Shown here piece after piece: positions 61,688-64,000 of a stretch of DNA of 64,000 nt. A program made the position numbers and the translations under genes. The notes beneath the pieces were generated by a model that made no database searches, was not told where the DNA came from, and was given only the letters and a program-made list of their open reading frames with translations. Where the stretch lies: the NCBI GenBank assembly GCA_028534125.1, contig CM052817.1, positions 40,178,001-40,242,000 on the forward strand, in the 5' to 3' direction. The DNA is from Lama glama. Taxonomy: Eukaryota. Within the stretch, counting starts at the first letter, position 1, and each line of letters starts with the position of its first letter.

Positions 61688-63609
61688 GTAGGTGGATTTG
61701 TTTTTACCGCCCATAAACACAAAGGTCTTAGAATAAAGTGTTATTATAGGATCCCTCAGATAGAAGACTGAGTTTGAGATGTGTTTGTGGGTTTTCATCA
61801 TTCAGTAGGGTTTCTGAGGAAAAATGGAACCTACTCCCTTTTTTCCTTTTTTAAAAAAATTTTGGTAAAATATACATAACACAGAATTTACCATTTTAAC
61901 CATTTTGAAATATACAATTCATTGGTATTGGGTACATTCACTTTGTTGTGCAACCTTTGCACCATTCCCCCCTCTACCTTATTAGGTTTGTCTTCCTTCT
62001 TTGATTCCTTCATTTTTTTCTAGAGGGGCCTACATTCTAGTTTGTTAGAAGTTCCACTGTGGTTGCACATCTGAACTAGAGCCTCCAGTCTAGCAGCACT
62101 TATGACAGCACTAAAACTTGATATTTTGATGCTCCATCTCTTGTACTTGGTTCCAAACTTATAAGAGGGAGAAAGGAATGTTATTTATTGTCTTTATAAT
62201 ACTTTAGTGCTGGCCAGTGGACATGCACTTTTCATTCCAAAGATATATAGTGAACATCTTCTGTTTGTCAAGTGCCATTCTAGGCCCAGAAAACATACCT
62301 GTAAACTAGATAGTCTGTGTCCTCAAGTAGCTTATATTAGGGGGCAGGTTTTTCTGTATGGTTTGATTTTCTTTTAAACCTTGTACATACATAATTTTAT
62401 AATAATAAATGTTTTAATTGCTTAGGGAAGGAAAGAACTAACTAGATGGATGGTTAGGGTTCAGTAAGTTAAGTGGAAAGTCACAAACAAAAGCAAAGAT
62501 TCAAAGGCAGGAGAGCAGATAGTAGAGAAAATCAGACAAGAGGAATGAGAGATTAATTAAATCCAAAGAACGGATTTACAAGTGACATAATCAAAGGTCT
62601 GTTATCTGGGAAGATTAGTCTGTAGCATATTGTAAGGATTGGAGGAGAAAAGATGAACAATAGGCCCGCAATCATACAGCAGTTCAGAGTGAAAAGAAGA
62701 GTTCGGCAGAGTAATGGCACTGTAAAAGGAAGAAATAAATCCAGGGAATTTAAGAAAAGATCAGTACCTAGACCTGAGGAATGAATACTAGAGGCCAGAG
62801 GCAGAGTTCTGAGCCTGCTTAATAGGAGGAGAGCAAACCTCCTATTTGGGAGCCCTGTAGAGAAATGAAGCTCCAAACCAGTGGCAAGACCTGAGTGCTT
62901 ATATACTAGTTTGAACAAAGAATGGCAGTTGTGGAAAAGTAACTAAAATATGTAGGGAGACTGGAGGGAAATAATTTTTATTTAACAAGGTCTGTTTGTA
63001 CAGATTTTTCCTGGTCTGCACTCCCATCTCTGGTGAAAAAAATGTTTCTTTCCTCCCAGTGGAGGGAGAGCAGCTCTCATAGGGGAGTTTCATCTCCTTT
63101 CAGAAAGAGGTCAGATGCCTTTCTTGCTCCTGCTGTCTTTTGGTATTCTTTAGCTCAAAATAATTCTTATGACAAATGGCATATTTTGGAGTGGCATATT
63201 CTACTACCTTTTAAAACTTAGAGCCTAGACTAGAAGGTGAGGCAAATACGTATAGCTAATAGTTGAATCAAGAGTTACCTGTGTATGTAGTATATACCGA
63301 GGGCATTCCGGATAGCACAGGTGACATTTGCCCGGGCCTTGAAGAGAAGTTGTGTTGCGTATGTGGAAGTTAGTAACAACAAACAGGTGAGAAACTGGGG
63401 GCACAGTAACTAGGACATTTTATCTAGAAGGTGGGTGGTGTGAAGAGGAATAATTGATAGCTGGGGTCAGACTGGAGTATGGGAGAGCGTATCAGCGAAT
63501 TGCATCGTGTTTAGGCCACAGTACTTTCCTTTCGCGGGTTTGCAGTAAGCATGTTTTGGGGCTGCATCCTCGTGGTTTGAGTTGATGTAGTTTATTTGTT
63601 CTGTTCTAG

Positions 63610-63846
63610 TTCGGAGGCAAACTGGTTACTTTTGCGAATGTCAGGCCACAGCCTCAGCAGGGGGTCGAGCCGCAGGTGCTGCAGAACCACGTGTTCATTA
63701 GTCAGGTGGTGACGGAGAAGGAATTCCTCCGCCGCTCCGACCAACTCCAGCAGGTCGTGCAGTCGCAAGGATTCGTCAGTTACTGTCAGAAAAAGATCGA
63801 TGCTTCTCAGACTGAGTTTGAAAAAAACGTGTGGTCCTTTTTGAAG
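63610..63846 (+). CDS. SEC31A: SEC31A exon 11 (gene continues beyond the window)
   Basis: FGGKLVTFANVRPQPQQGVEPQVLQNHVFISQVVTEKEFLRRSDQLQQVVQSQGFVSYCQKKIDASQTEFEKNVWSFLK; 237 nt; cumulative CDS 1434 nt in frame. Confidence 0.95.
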
Positions 63847-64000
63847 GTAAAGTCGGTATTAAACCATTTTATTTCATTATCTGCACATTCAGCTACTCCC
63901 ATCATACTCTAAATCTGTCTTCCTGTCAAAGAAACAGTGGGAAGCATGGGATTTCCGGGATCTCATGATGGAATTAAAGAAACCTTATGAAGAGCACATG

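Overview
This is mammalian genomic DNA, probably from a camelid (alpaca, llama or camel), because it carries four tRNA-Ala(AGC)-derived SINEs resembling vic-1. It spans the conserved LIN54 - THAP9 - THAP9-AS1 - SEC31A locus. Left to right: (1) the last two coding exons and 3' UTR of LIN54 (+); (2) the complete 5-exon THAP9 gene (-), a domesticated P-element transposase, which splices to a 2721-nt, 906-aa ORF; (3) a CpG-island bidirectional promoter driving a divergent, spliced non-coding host transcript (THAP9-AS1-like, +), whose introns hold two paralogous box C/D snoRNAs with non-canonical but compensated boxes and a 14-nt guide matching 28S rRNA (SNORD143/144-like); (4) the CpG-island promoter, exon 1 and the first ten canonical coding exons of SEC31A (+). 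The rest is interspersed repeats (L1, MaLR/ERV1 LTRs, Tigger, MER58, MIR/L2, SINEs) and a 500-N gap inside a young L1. I found no convincing wholly new biological system. The best leads are the snoRNA pair with C/D-box covariation, a SEC31A exon-1 ATG that acts as either a uORF or an alternative N-terminus, an apparent frameshifted THAP9 C-terminus, and a long hairpin at the host-gene 5' end. All comparisons to human sequences and numbering are from memory and need checking by alignment.
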